Positions 49,801 to 64,000 of a stretch of DNA of 64,000 bases are shown piece by piece. The position numbers and the translations under genes are program-made. Below the pieces are notes generated by a model. That model saw nothing but the letters and a program-made list of their open reading frames with translations, ran no database searches and had not been told where the DNA came from. This DNA is from Camelus dromedarius. Its lineage: Eukaryota. The stretch spans positions 44,642,001 through 44,706,000 of the forward strand of contig NC_087447.1 of NCBI RefSeq assembly GCF_036321535.1. The letters are read 5' to 3'. Within the stretch, counting starts at the first letter, position 1. The number at the start of each line of letters is the position of its first letter.

Positions 49801-52800
49801 TCTACTACCTGGGGAATGTGCCTGTTGCTAAACCTGTTGGTATGTAGGTGTCCTTTTTCACCCAGGGATCACTACCTTGATCCTAGAGCTCTGCCCCCAC
49901 CCTCTTTCTCCCAGTGCCTCTTCTACCAGACCTTCCTCATGCTTGGTGTCACCCTGTTCTTCAAAATGCATCCCGCTTCCTGTACCTCTGTCCCAGCTGC
50001 ACTCTGTGTCCTGCCTTCATTGAATGTGAACCAGGCACACAGGGAGACCTACTCTTGAATCCCCTTGAAAAGCTTTGGTTGGGTTGGGAGGCGGGTCTTG
50101 GATGGCTGGAAACACCGGAGCAGCCAGGAGCTGGGCTTGATACTACGGCACCAACTGTGGGCTGCGGGCATCTAGACAGGAAGCAGGGAATATGTTTGTT
50201 ATGTGCTTTATTGTTTATAAACTACTCCCTTAAATGTCATTTAGCTTATGAGGTTGGGATTATGATAATACCCACTTTACAGATAAGGAAGCCAAGGGTA
50301 GAGACTATTAGATTCTCTCGTATTTCCAGTGCTTTCACACTGCCGGTTATTTACTTTTTCATTCACTTAGCAAATACCTATGCAGCCTACCACGTGCCAG
50401 GTCCTGGGAGAGCAATAGCCAGTCCTTCTTTCCTGGAGGTTACAGGCGATTACAGTAGAAAAAAGGAACTACATTATTGCAAAAATAAATGTATAATTAC
50501 AAATTGAGTCATTCATTGAAAGAAAGTAGCAAGGAGCTAGGAAACCATGTAACAGAGGGGCCTCACTTAGTCTAGGGAGTCAGAAAGGACTGGAGAAAGT
50601 GATATATGAACTGAGATTAAAAAATGGATAGGATCTAATGTGGTCAAGTGGGATGGAGATGGGAGTAGTCAGGAGAGGTCATTCTGGGCAGAGTGAACAG
50701 TGTGTGCCACAGGGAAAGGCACTTTGGCACTTCAAAGGCATTGTGAGAGGGCCAGCAGCATGAGGTGAGGCTGGGAGCTGGGCAGCGGTCAGACCCTGTG
50801 AGACCTCATAAGCCATGTAAACCATTTGTTCTTCATCATAAGAGCAGTAAGGAGCTATGAGAGGGTTTTGGAGAGCACACTTGGCGTAACCCTTTGAATT
50901 TTGTAATGCTCACCTTGGCTATACCACGGAGAAAGATGATCGGCAGGTGGAGGTGGATTTGGGGAACTCAGGCGGATCTTGCAGGAGTTGTGGCCAGTGA
51001 TGAGAGTATCTTGGACTTTGCTGGGGCTGAGGAGGAGTGTGTGGATTTAAGAGATATTTAGACAGTTAAAGTCAACAGGCCTTGTGATTGGTTGGATATA
51101 GGGTGAGGGACAGAGGCCTCTAGGCTGACTCCTAGCTTCCTGGCTTTCGGAACTAACTGGAGAGTGCCATTCTCTAAAGGTAGCAGACACTGGAAGAAGC
51201 CCATTTTGGTATGGAGATTTGAGTTTGATTTCAGCCATCCCGAGTTTAATGTGCCTTGGGAAAGCTGAGTGGCAAACTCGGGTTGGCAGCTGGATTGAGA
51301 GAGGAGAGGTCTGGGCTGGAGATACGAAGGTGGGCATCACTGGATTAGAGAGGTAATCAAAGCCATGCGTGTGGAGAAGACTGACCCTGGCAGGTGGGCA
51401 GCTGCTGTGAGAAGGGAATGAGGCTAGGCCTGGCCGTGAGCCCCTCCAACATCTAATGGACAGTGGAGGAGGATGAAACTGCCCAGGGGAGTGAGAGGGA
51501 GACAGGGCAGAGGGAAAAAGGAGACTGCTTCAACAAATGGTTGGGTGTCATGTCAAAAGACACTTGGGAAGAACTTGATAGTGGTTGGTGAATCGATAAA
51601 CACAGAAATGAAAGAATGAATGACACTTGCCTCAGAGGGCATAGCTGGGAGATGGTAGACCCAGGACTCAGAGCCTGGTCATCTTCAGTTCTCTGCTGTC
51701 CTCTCAAACCGTGCTGACTAATGATCAGCATCTTACATTCAGTGACGAAAACCTTAGATAGGGTGGAGATTGAGCTGGGATTTGAAGGAAGGCCTGGATC
51801 TGCAGAGGAGTGGCACTGCCACAGACATGGAGCTGGAGGTGGTGAGAAGATCCTGCTCTGGGGTCAGGAAGGGGGCGTGGCTGAGCCCTCCACCTTTGCC
51901 TGAGTTTCCTCCTCCCTCACCCCCAACTTTGAAACCCTGTGGCCTCTTCCAGTTATTATGCTTACTCCCCTGTCCACCTGCCACCCACGTAAGCTCTCAC
52001 TGCACGACAGCAGCCCCCTGCAGCCCTGGACGGCCCCTCTGCTGCTCACCGGCTCGATGAGTCGGCTCCGCTGAAGCCAGGGCTTTTGCCCACTCGTCCC
52101 TAAGCTCATTTTATGCTTTATTTATGCTCCCCTTTTAACCTCCATGAATTTAACATTGGCCCCTCCTGAAGCGGGAAGATTCACTCGTTAATTCAACAAA
52201 TGACTAAGGGCCTGATCTAAGCCAGGCTCTACTCTAGGTTCTCGGTATATGTTAATGAACAAAACTGACCAAGATTCCTGCCTTCAAGTACCTGACATTC
52301 TATTCGGATAGGCAGGCAATGAAATCGGTACATTATGTAGAATGTTGGAAGGCTACAGTTGAGATGAAAAAAAAATGCACAGCAGGATAAGGGAGATTGG
52401 GAGTTCGGGGCTGGGGTCAGGGTGCAGATTTCAGTCCTGAACTGTTTCCAGTTATGACAGACTTTTCCCAGGCCACGTAGTTCCACTGCTTTCCCCGCCT
52501 CCACATTGGTCCTCCCTACTCTGGGGCCGGGTGCCACCCCCACAGCTCCATCTGCTTATTAAGCACTTTGACCTTGATGTCTGATTCACACTCATGATCC
52601 TTGAGCTTTTCCATTGACTGGCATCAGTGTCATTAACATCTGAGCCCTCTGCATTCTGCCCTGGCCCGCCCACTCCTGCCTGTGTCATCACCCTCCATGG
52701 TTCCTGGGTGGCTTGGTTGTACCAGTTTGGGTACATTTGCCCGTGTCGCCTTGAGGATGGCTTACTCATGCATCTGGAATTCCTTCAGTAGATAAGCCTT

Positions 52801-55048
52801 GTTCTAGGACTGGGGACACAGACATGAATTAAACTTGAGATGGCCATAGCCCAGTGTGGAGAAAAGGGTTCCCAGCAGTTACGGGTTGTGCTAACACTTG
52901 TCCTAGCAATGCCCTTTCTCTGCCCTGCAGTAGGGAAGGCCTCCCAGGAGGGGCCTGGGTGAACCCTGAAGCGTGAAAATTGGGAGTTTCTCAGTCAAGG
53001 GAGAAGGGCCCTCTAGACAGAGGCTTTTCCCTCACTTACAGTCTGTCCCTTGAGGGCATCCTCTTCTCTTACTTTGTATTCTCCATTGGTCTACCTGGGC
53101 ATCTGCCAAGATTAGATGTTAATAAATGCTACATAAATTATTCAAAGTTCAGGGAGCAGTAAAATGTGAAGCTTGACAGGTCAGATGAGGCCAATTTTTG
53201 GAGGACTTGCATGCTTAGGAGAGGAGTTTGGCTTTGATCCAACCAGAGGTAAGATGAGCAAGGCCAAGATAAGGGAGGACCTTTGAGTAAGACATTTGTC
53301 CTCTGCCCACAAAGGGTCCACCTGGTCTACTCCTAGCGGTAGCTCAGAGGCACTGAAAGGGGCAAGAGGGCCCGCGAGCTGACCACGGTGGTGTGTGCTT
53401 CTGCGCTGGCATCGTTCACTCTAACCTCTTCACTGTGATGGTGCACAGGTGACAGAGCCAGATCACGAGCAGTGTGGATACCAGGACACGTGCCCCACCG
53501 TGCCGTGTTCTCCTGCCTTGGTTCTCTGCTGAGTACAAGCAGGAGTGGGATGCATGGGTGGAAATGTGTAACAGCAGTTTAAGGTTGAGAAGACATTGTT
53601 ACAATGGCAAGTTGATTGATCTAAAAGCCTGGAAACTTGGGCTCCTTGGCCTTGGAGCACATCACAGAAATTACTGAGCGCAGTGAAGATTCTGACAGCC
53701 CTTCTGGGTCTAAAACTAAGAATATAGAGAAGGGGGAGGAGAAAGGCCTGGCTAAGAACCTAGGATCTGGAATCAGACTGCCTGCCTTCAGATCCCCATT
53801 CCTCAGTGTGACCTAAGGTTTATTACCTGATTTCTAAAATCTTCAGTTTCCTTATCTGTGAAATGGTGATAAAGGAATCTGTTGTGAGATAGTAAATGGC
53901 AGAGTGCACTGTAATGATCAAGAAAGTAAACATTCCTCAAATGGATGTCTTAAAACAAACAAACAAAAAACCAAAGGTTGGAGAGGACTGGCCTGTAGGG
54001 GCTGACCTGGGAGGCACTGTGGTGTGAAGCCCTGGAAGGTCTGAATGTGGATGAACACTGAAAGCAAGATACAGAGAGGGCAGAGCTTGGGTAGGGTCAG
54101 TCTGCTTCGGAGGCTGGAGGAAGAGGCAGTCAGCGAGGAAAACCAAGCTTGGGATTCATGCTGGAAGAGGCCAGAGAAGTGCCAAGTCCCCGAAGCCAAG
54201 GAGGAGAGCACCAAGGAAGGGGTACGTGCGCCGTGTTGTCAGGAGCTGTAGGCTAGTGAAGCCGGGGTGGAGCCGAGGCCCTGAGCTTGATGGGGCAGAG
54301 CTGGAAAGTCTAGGGTAGAGCTGGGGTGTCTTTTCCCCACCCCCAGCAGTGCCATGCTCATGTCCTTGTCTTTCAGGGGTAGATGTGATTAATGGGGCCC
54401 TGGAATCAGTCTTGTCCTCCAGTAGCCGTGAGCAGTGGACCCCAAGTCATGTCAGTGTGGCCCCTGCCACCCTCACCATCTTGCACCAGCAGGTAAAGAC
54501 CTGCCGCGCCTTGCCGTGGAGGGGAGCCCAGGGGCGAGGGGAAGGGCTGCCTGTAAGATGGAGGTGCCCAGTGGAAGAGGGTCAGGCTGTTCCTTTCCAA
54601 CTGGCTCCCCTCCCTGCAGACAGAGGCAGTGCTGGGGGAGTGCCGGGTGCGCTTCCTGTCCTTCCTGGCCGTGGGCAGAGATGTCCACACGTTTGCATTC
54701 ATCATGGCTGCTGGCCCAGCCTCCTTCTGCTGCCACATGTTCTGGTGCGAGCCCAATGCTGCCAGCCTCTCAGAGGCCGTGCAGGCTGCATGCATGGTAA
54801 GTGGGCAGGGTGGTGGAGTGGTGGCACCCAGCCCACAGTGGGCAGGCTGGGTCGTGACTGCCCCTCCTGTCTCTCTGCAGCTCCGCTACCAGAAGTGTCT
54901 GGATGCCCGTTCCCAGGCCTCCACCTCCTGCCTCCCGGCGCCTCCGGCTGAGTCCGTTGCCCGGCGTGTAGGGTGGACTGTCCGCAGGGGCGTTCAGTCA
55001 CTGTGGGGCTCCCTCAAACCCAAACGGCTGGGGGCCCACAGCCCCTGA
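40858..55048 (+). CDS. APBB1: Amyloid-beta precursor protein-binding family B member 1 (FE65; WW + 2 PTB), 709 aa with microexon
   Basis: Exons 40858-41575, 47017-47192, 47291-47347, 47431-47516, 47631-47694, 48119-48268, 48618-48745, 48851-48856, 49154-49268 (GC donor), 49415-49499, 49756-49839, 54377-54492, 54620-54796, 54881-55048 (TGA), total 2130 nt. N-terminus [43 protein letters not shown]1 and PTB2. Confidence 0.97.
42703..42787 (-). mobile_element. Short L1 3' end with TSD, nested in an older L1-like fragment
   Basis: TSD CACTCATGCATTTC (42689) / CATTCATGCATTTC (42788), poly(T) tail. Confidence 0.75.
45361..45534 (+). promoter_or_regulatory. Candidate internal APBB1 promoter with non-coding alternative first exon
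   Basis: X-box-like motifs at 45361-45373, 45432-45445 and 45495-45508, CRE-like CACGTCA near 45452, donor CAG|GTGAGG at 45534/45535. Confidence 0.55.
46094..46145 (+). CDS. APBB1: Alternative first coding exon of APBB1 ([17 protein letters not shown])
   Basis: GCCATG start, 52 nt ending CAG|GTGAGA, phase 1, in frame with exon 47017. Confidence 0.75.
46280..46715. repeat. Degenerate TG-rich tract
   Basis: About 430 nt of GTGTGC/GTATGT-type low complexity. Confidence 0.8.
48851..48856 (+). CDS. APBB1: 6-nt neural microexon of APBB1 (adds Glu-Arg in PTB1)
   Basis: CAG|AGAGAG|GTAC, branch-like CTAAC 48811-48815, TGCTGC 48836-48841. Confidence 0.9.
50350..51480. mobile_element. Ancient L2 fragments in an APBB1 intron (approximate)
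   Basis: GGAGAGGTCTGGGCTGGAGAT...ATCAAAGCCATG and similar L2 phrases. Confidence 0.55.
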
Positions 55049-55417
55049 AGCCCTGTCTTCCCTCCACCTGCTTGCATTGGGCCCCAGGGAACTCAAGGGT
55101 TCGGGGCAGGGAGGGGCCCTACAGGCTATTCTTAGACCTCAGAGCTGCCCCTCCCCATGAGCTAGGGTTCCCTGCCTAGGGGCTGGGGAGGGAAATCTAA
55201 TCCTGCAAGGAAGTGACAATACTGGTGGATTGATGAGAAAGGAGCAGGAAGCAAGGCCAGCCCCAGGGTCCCTATCCCCACGTTTCAGGTGGAGCAGGAG
55301 GAAGTGGTCTAGGCCAGGCCCCATCTTTGTAGGGTCCTGCAGGGGCAGGAGGGGACTGGTCAGGCATGGGTCCCCTGCCCCCTGCTCCGTGGGCACCTCT
55401 GCTGTACTGATATCACT

Positions 55418-55423
55418 AATAAA
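55418..55423 (+). terminator. APBB1 polyadenylation signal
   Basis: AATAAA about 370 nt after the stop. Confidence 0.85.
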
Positions 55424-55585
55424 GTCTGTCTGCCCTGCTGAACTGTGTGCCTCCTGTGCCTGCACTACACCATCACTCCTGGTACCCTGATCCCTCAGTT
55501 AGGCTCTTACTCCCAGGGCCCCCTTGCCCTGCCTGCCTCAAAAGAAATCAGGTCACAGCAGGGTCTTGAGTCCAAGTCTCTTGTT

Positions 55586-55591
55586 TTTATT
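55586..55591 (-). terminator. SMPD1 polyadenylation signal
   Basis: TTTATT on + (AATAAA on -), about 325 nt past the stop. Confidence 0.85.
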
Positions 55592-55915
55592 CTAACAGCC
55601 TGGCAACCAGGCAGTAGCAGCAGTACAGGGTTCCTGGCTGGCCAGCACAGGCCTGGGGTGACAGCTTCTGTCTGGTCTGTCCAGGGCAGTGCCAACTGAG
55701 ACCTCTGCTCCATGGCCACGAAAGGACAGCAGCCTCAGAGCACCCAGCCCCACTCCCATATCTTGCTAAGTCAGCTCCAAGAATGGCAGTCTTGTTTTGG
55801 AGGTGTGCCTGGGCGGGGGGATAGGCTCTTCCGCCAGACCTCGCTGTGGTGCCTCTCAGGGGTTTTCACTCCTTTCCTAAGACACATGCTTTCCCAACTC
55901 TGGGCCCTGGGAGTG

Positions 55916-59908
<3,993 letters not shown>

Positions 59909-60940
59909 TACCCGTCTTCCTAGACCGGGCTGATTCGCCCGACAGCCCCGGCCAGTGTAGGCTCTGGTTGGCTCTCAGGATCCCAGGCGGTGCCAGGGAC
60001 ACCGACCAGCACCCCTTTGCAGTCGGCTGACGCTGAGACGCGAGCGGCAAAGCAGCTCCGCCTCTTCCTCTTCCCCGGTTCCGCAGCAGCTGATCGCGCT
60101 GGCTGGGGGCCAGATCAAGACTACGGAGGCGGAGGCGGAGGCGGAGGCGGAGTGGGCTGGGCGCACCCGGGACCCGCCCAGGATCCCGCCCGCGGTCCCG
60201 CCCCGGCCCTGACCGCGAGCGGTCACAGCTGTGGGAGGCCGCTGTATCCGTCCCGCCCTTGCTGGCGTGGATCGTGTGGCTGGTGAGAGGCCCATCTGAG
60301 GTTCCTAGGCACCGCCTCTCCAAACGTGTTCTCACCTTGTTGCCTCTTTGGACCAGAGGGCCCCCTTCCTCAGTTTCTCCTGTCCTACCGCTGGTACCCA
60401 CACCCTTGAGTCGCCCTGACTGAGAATCCTTTTGATTCATATTTCTCTAGATGGAAGGACCCTGGACTCATGGAGGGACATCTATACCTTCATTATATGG
60501 ATGAGGACACTGAGGTTCAGAGATGGTGAAGTGGCTAAGAATGGTAAAGACCATATCCGCCAGAAGGGCCAGGAACATGGAGTAGAACTTGGGTCTCCCC
60601 ATCTTCCTGTATCCGTGATGGTAAAAGCTATCAGTGACTGAGCTCTACAGGATGTTCCAGGCACTGAAACAGGCACTTTATAGTTATTAATTTTCAGTTC
60701 TAACAACAATCCGAAGAAAGAAGTGTAATACTATTATTATCTCCAGTTTACAGATGGGGAAACAAGCCTGGGGATGTGGCAGAATGACAATTAAAACCTA
60801 AACTGTTTAATTCAGTGCTTCTCCAAGATCCACAGAACTACCAAGTCCTGTCAGTTCTTTCCTTTGAGAATTTCTTCCAAGTGACTCTCCTCCGCCACTC
60901 CCTCCACCCAGTTCTGTGGGCATCATATCAGATAGAGTAA

Positions 60941-61515
60941 TGATGGTATAATAGGAAATATATTTTGTCTTCTCTCCAGTTTTTGGCACAGAGCTCCTAA
61001 AATCCTTTAAACTTCCTGAGTGATAGGAGTGTTTTTTGTTATTTGCACAAGCCCCTTTCAATCACACCTGAGTTTGTAGTAATAAGGTGACTTAGGGTAG
61101 GGCCCCTAAATAGCCTCAGGATGGGCTAGTCTCCATTAAGAACTAGTGATTAGAGAGTGAGACTTGTTTCGATCTCACCCCCAATCTCCAGGTTGGGAAG
61201 AGGGGCTGGAGATTAAGCTCTGTAAATAAACTCTTGGAGAGTTTCTAGGTGGGTGAACATATCAAGGTGTTGGGAGGGTGGTATACCTGGAGAGGGCATG
61301 GAAGTTCTGAGACACCCCCAGTTCGCACCTGGCCCTGGGCATCTCTTTCATCTGGCTATTCCTGAGTTGTACCCTTTGTATTAACAAGGACATGTAAGTG
61401 AGGTGTATTCCTGAGTTCCGTGAGCTGTTCTAGCAAATTATCAAACCTCAGTAGAAGGTCATGGAACCCTAGAATTTATAGCTGGTTGCTCAGAAGTAAA
61501 GGTGGCCACCTGGGA
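60941..61515 (+). mobile_element. MER21-like LTR, truncated or interrupted
   Basis: Starts TGATGGTATAATAGGAATATAT...GGCACAGAGCTCCTAAAA and is homologous to 8818-9553. Confidence 0.7.
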
Positions 61516-62449
61516 CAGATGAGGTAGGGGGTCCTTGGAGGAAAAAGACCCAGATATAGATTTTTGACTTAAAAGAAGCCATTTTAGGCCTAAGCCATTT
61601 TGTGATCTAAGCTTGGACCAATGCTTGCCCTTGAAGAGGTCTCAGTAATAAAGATCCTAAGGGGAAAAAAGGGAACAAGACTGTTTGCAGAGGAAGTAAC
61701 CATAGCAAAGATAAAAAATCAATTGTAAAGACTCTCAGGGCTGGTAGCGAGAGTGGTAAGGATAACTTTATTCTTGATTTTCTCTAGGTTTTAGAACCTT
61801 GGAAACCCATTTTGGAGGCTCCCAGACTCCCGGACAGTGGGGAGAACTTGGGGAAAGGGAATGGAGCCCAGTGTTTAAAGATCTAAGATTCACACAGCCC
61901 CTGCCACCATCGCAAATTGGGTTCCAGTCTTGGAGAGTGATTGGCAGAGGGATACTATGGGCTGCCTGGTGGGGACCATGAACTTCCTAGTCAGTCCGGG
62001 CTAATTTGATCCCATTTAGGGTACCTATGTTCCACTGTGTCAGGAAACCTGTTCAAATTCTATACTCTTGAGCTGCCTAGGAAACTACAAATTAAATCCA
62101 TAATTTCAGTCAGAGCTAGAATTGATGGGGAAAGCTCTCCCTCTTGTGGAATTTATAGAGAATACCAGGGAGCTAGACATCTACGAACTTATGGGCAGGG
62201 ACCCTGAAGAAATGGATTTTCTGACAGGCAGTTTCACCCCGATATGCACAGAGCCCTCCAGGGCAGAGGGCAGGGCGGTGGCTAAGGGGATGGGCTTTAG
62301 AATCAGGCTCCTGTTAGAATCCCGGCTCTGCCACTCTGCTAGTTGTGTGACCCTGCAAGCATGTCACTTTCCAAACTTCCATTTCTTCCTGTGTGACATG
62401 GAGATAATAGCACAAGGTTGTGGTGAAGATTCAATGAGATAAAGAGTAG

Positions 62450-62768
62450 TCCTGTAACCTATAATGAAAAAGAATGTGAAAACAAAAATATGTATGTACA
62501 TGTATGATTGAAACATTATGCTTACACCAGAAATGGACACAACGTTGTAAACTGACTATACTTCAATAAAAAACAAAAACATATAATGGAAAAGAATCTG
62601 AAAAAAAAAAGTCCTACTGTATAGCACAAGGAACTATATTCAATACCTTGTAACAACCTATAGTGAAAAAGAATAGGAAAAGGAATATATGTATATATGA
62701 ATCATTATGCTATACACCAGAAATTAACACAGCTTTGTAAACTGACATATTTCAGTTTAAAAAAAAAA
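62450..62768 (+). mobile_element. Tandem or nested L1 3'-end fragments
   Basis: Two copies of ...ACACCAGAAAT..ACAC...TTGTAAACTGAC... each followed by an A-tract. Confidence 0.7.
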
Positions 62769-63209
62769 GCAATACATTATGTCTGCATCTGCCATCTGTA
62801 CTGACTATCGTTGATTTAGTGAAGTCCAGTTCCCAGCCCTCCCCAGCTTCCCATACCTCATTCATGGTGTCCACTATCAGGGGAGAGAAACTCTGGCTGC
62901 TGTGAGGTGAAGGTCAAAGGAAAGAATGTGGGAAACTTTGAAAAATCCTCCCCCACCCTGGGGAAGATGGAAGCAACATTTATTCAACAGACAGTAACTT
63001 AGCTCCTTTTATTGCTATGCAATCATATATTCATTCACTCAAAACACACACACACACATTTATTAAAACAAAACCCTCATTGAATTCAGCCTCCCTAGAA
63101 AAGCCCTACTGTACAGTCATCTATTGTTATTCATGCAGCCTTCCTGGGCCTCACTCTCTCCACCCCTAAACTTCTCATCAGAGGGTTCATTCAATACAAA
63201 CAATTCTCT

Positions 63210-63310
63210 CTCTATATGTATATGCATGACTGGGACATTGTGCTATACACCAGAAATTGATACGTTGTAACTGACTGTACTTCGATTAAAAAAAAATAGC
63301 AAAAACAAAT
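63210..63310 (+). mobile_element. Short L1 3' end with perfect TSD
   Basis: TSD AAACAATTCTCT at 63198-63209 and 63311-63322, A-rich tail. Confidence 0.8.
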
Positions 63311-63394
63311 AAACAATTCTCTGCTGAAAAAAAAAAAGGGAAAAATTCTACATCTAAGAAGAATACAATTAGAAATCTCTATGCCTTGTTATAT

Positions 63395-63600
63395 GGCTGT
63401 CCTGGAGGATCCGTTGGGGGGTTGGTTCCAGGAACCCAGTGGATACCCAAATCTGAGGATGCTCAACTCTCTTACAAAAAATGTACATGAATACACTCAG
63501 CCCTCTGTATCCTTGGGTTTGGCATCCTTGGATTCAACCAACTGCGGGTTTCAGTTGACTGAATCTGCCAATGCCAAACCCTTGGTTACTGAGCACCAAC
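63395..63600 (+). mobile_element. MER2/MER8-like Tigger MITE remnant
   Basis: GATCCGTTGGGGGTTGGTTCCAGGAACCC...GGATACCCAAATCTGAGGATGCTCAA resembles the MER2 end. Confidence 0.55.
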
Positions 63601-64000
63601 CATGCCAGTAACCCAACAATTCCAATCAGATAAGCTCTTCCACAGGGAAAGTATGAGGAATCATGAGAGCAGAGAGGAGGAGAGTCGCCTGAAACTGAGG
63701 GCCCTCGTGGAGGTTTTGGGAGGAAGTGATTTGTGTGCCCAGATGTGCCCCCAGCACAGGGGAGGGCTGGGCAGGTTCGGGAACTGAGGGAGAAGGCAGG
63801 AGCCCTGAGAGGGAGATGAGAGAGATTGTGGAGATTGGAGGCAGGAGAGGCTGGTACCAGCCAGATTAGGAGGATCACAATAAAGAGTTTAGTCTTAATC
63901 CTCAAAGAATGGATATATTTATTGTTAATTTTATTCATTCAGCCAGCCAGCCAGCCAGCCATCCAGGTGACAAAAGACACTTTTAGAAGTCTACTCTGTG

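Overview
Mammalian genomic DNA containing the conserved four-gene block TRIM3 (+, 5'-partial), HPX (+), APBB1/FE65 (+) and SMPD1 (-). I spliced all four by hand. Exon phases are consistent and there are no frameshifts or premature stops. HPX comes to 455 aa, APBB1 709 aa, SMPD1 625 aa, and the TRIM3 portion runs from the end of the RING to the stop. A tRNA-Ala-derived SINE and short L1 3'-end insertions suggest a camelid (inference). I see no convincing wholly new biological system. The most interesting signals are regulatory or splicing features: an internal APBB1 promoter candidate with three RFX X-boxes and two alternative first exons, a 6-nt neural microexon, a GC-AG intron, an in-frame stop-free 84-nt intron, an APBB1 uORF, and a +40 cryptic SMPD1 donor. 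Others are a BACH1/NRF2-type site upstream of hemopexin, divergent CTCF motifs, and a possible highly decayed hnRNP C/RALY-like retrocopy between HPX and APBB1. Repeat family names are recognised from memory, not from a database search.
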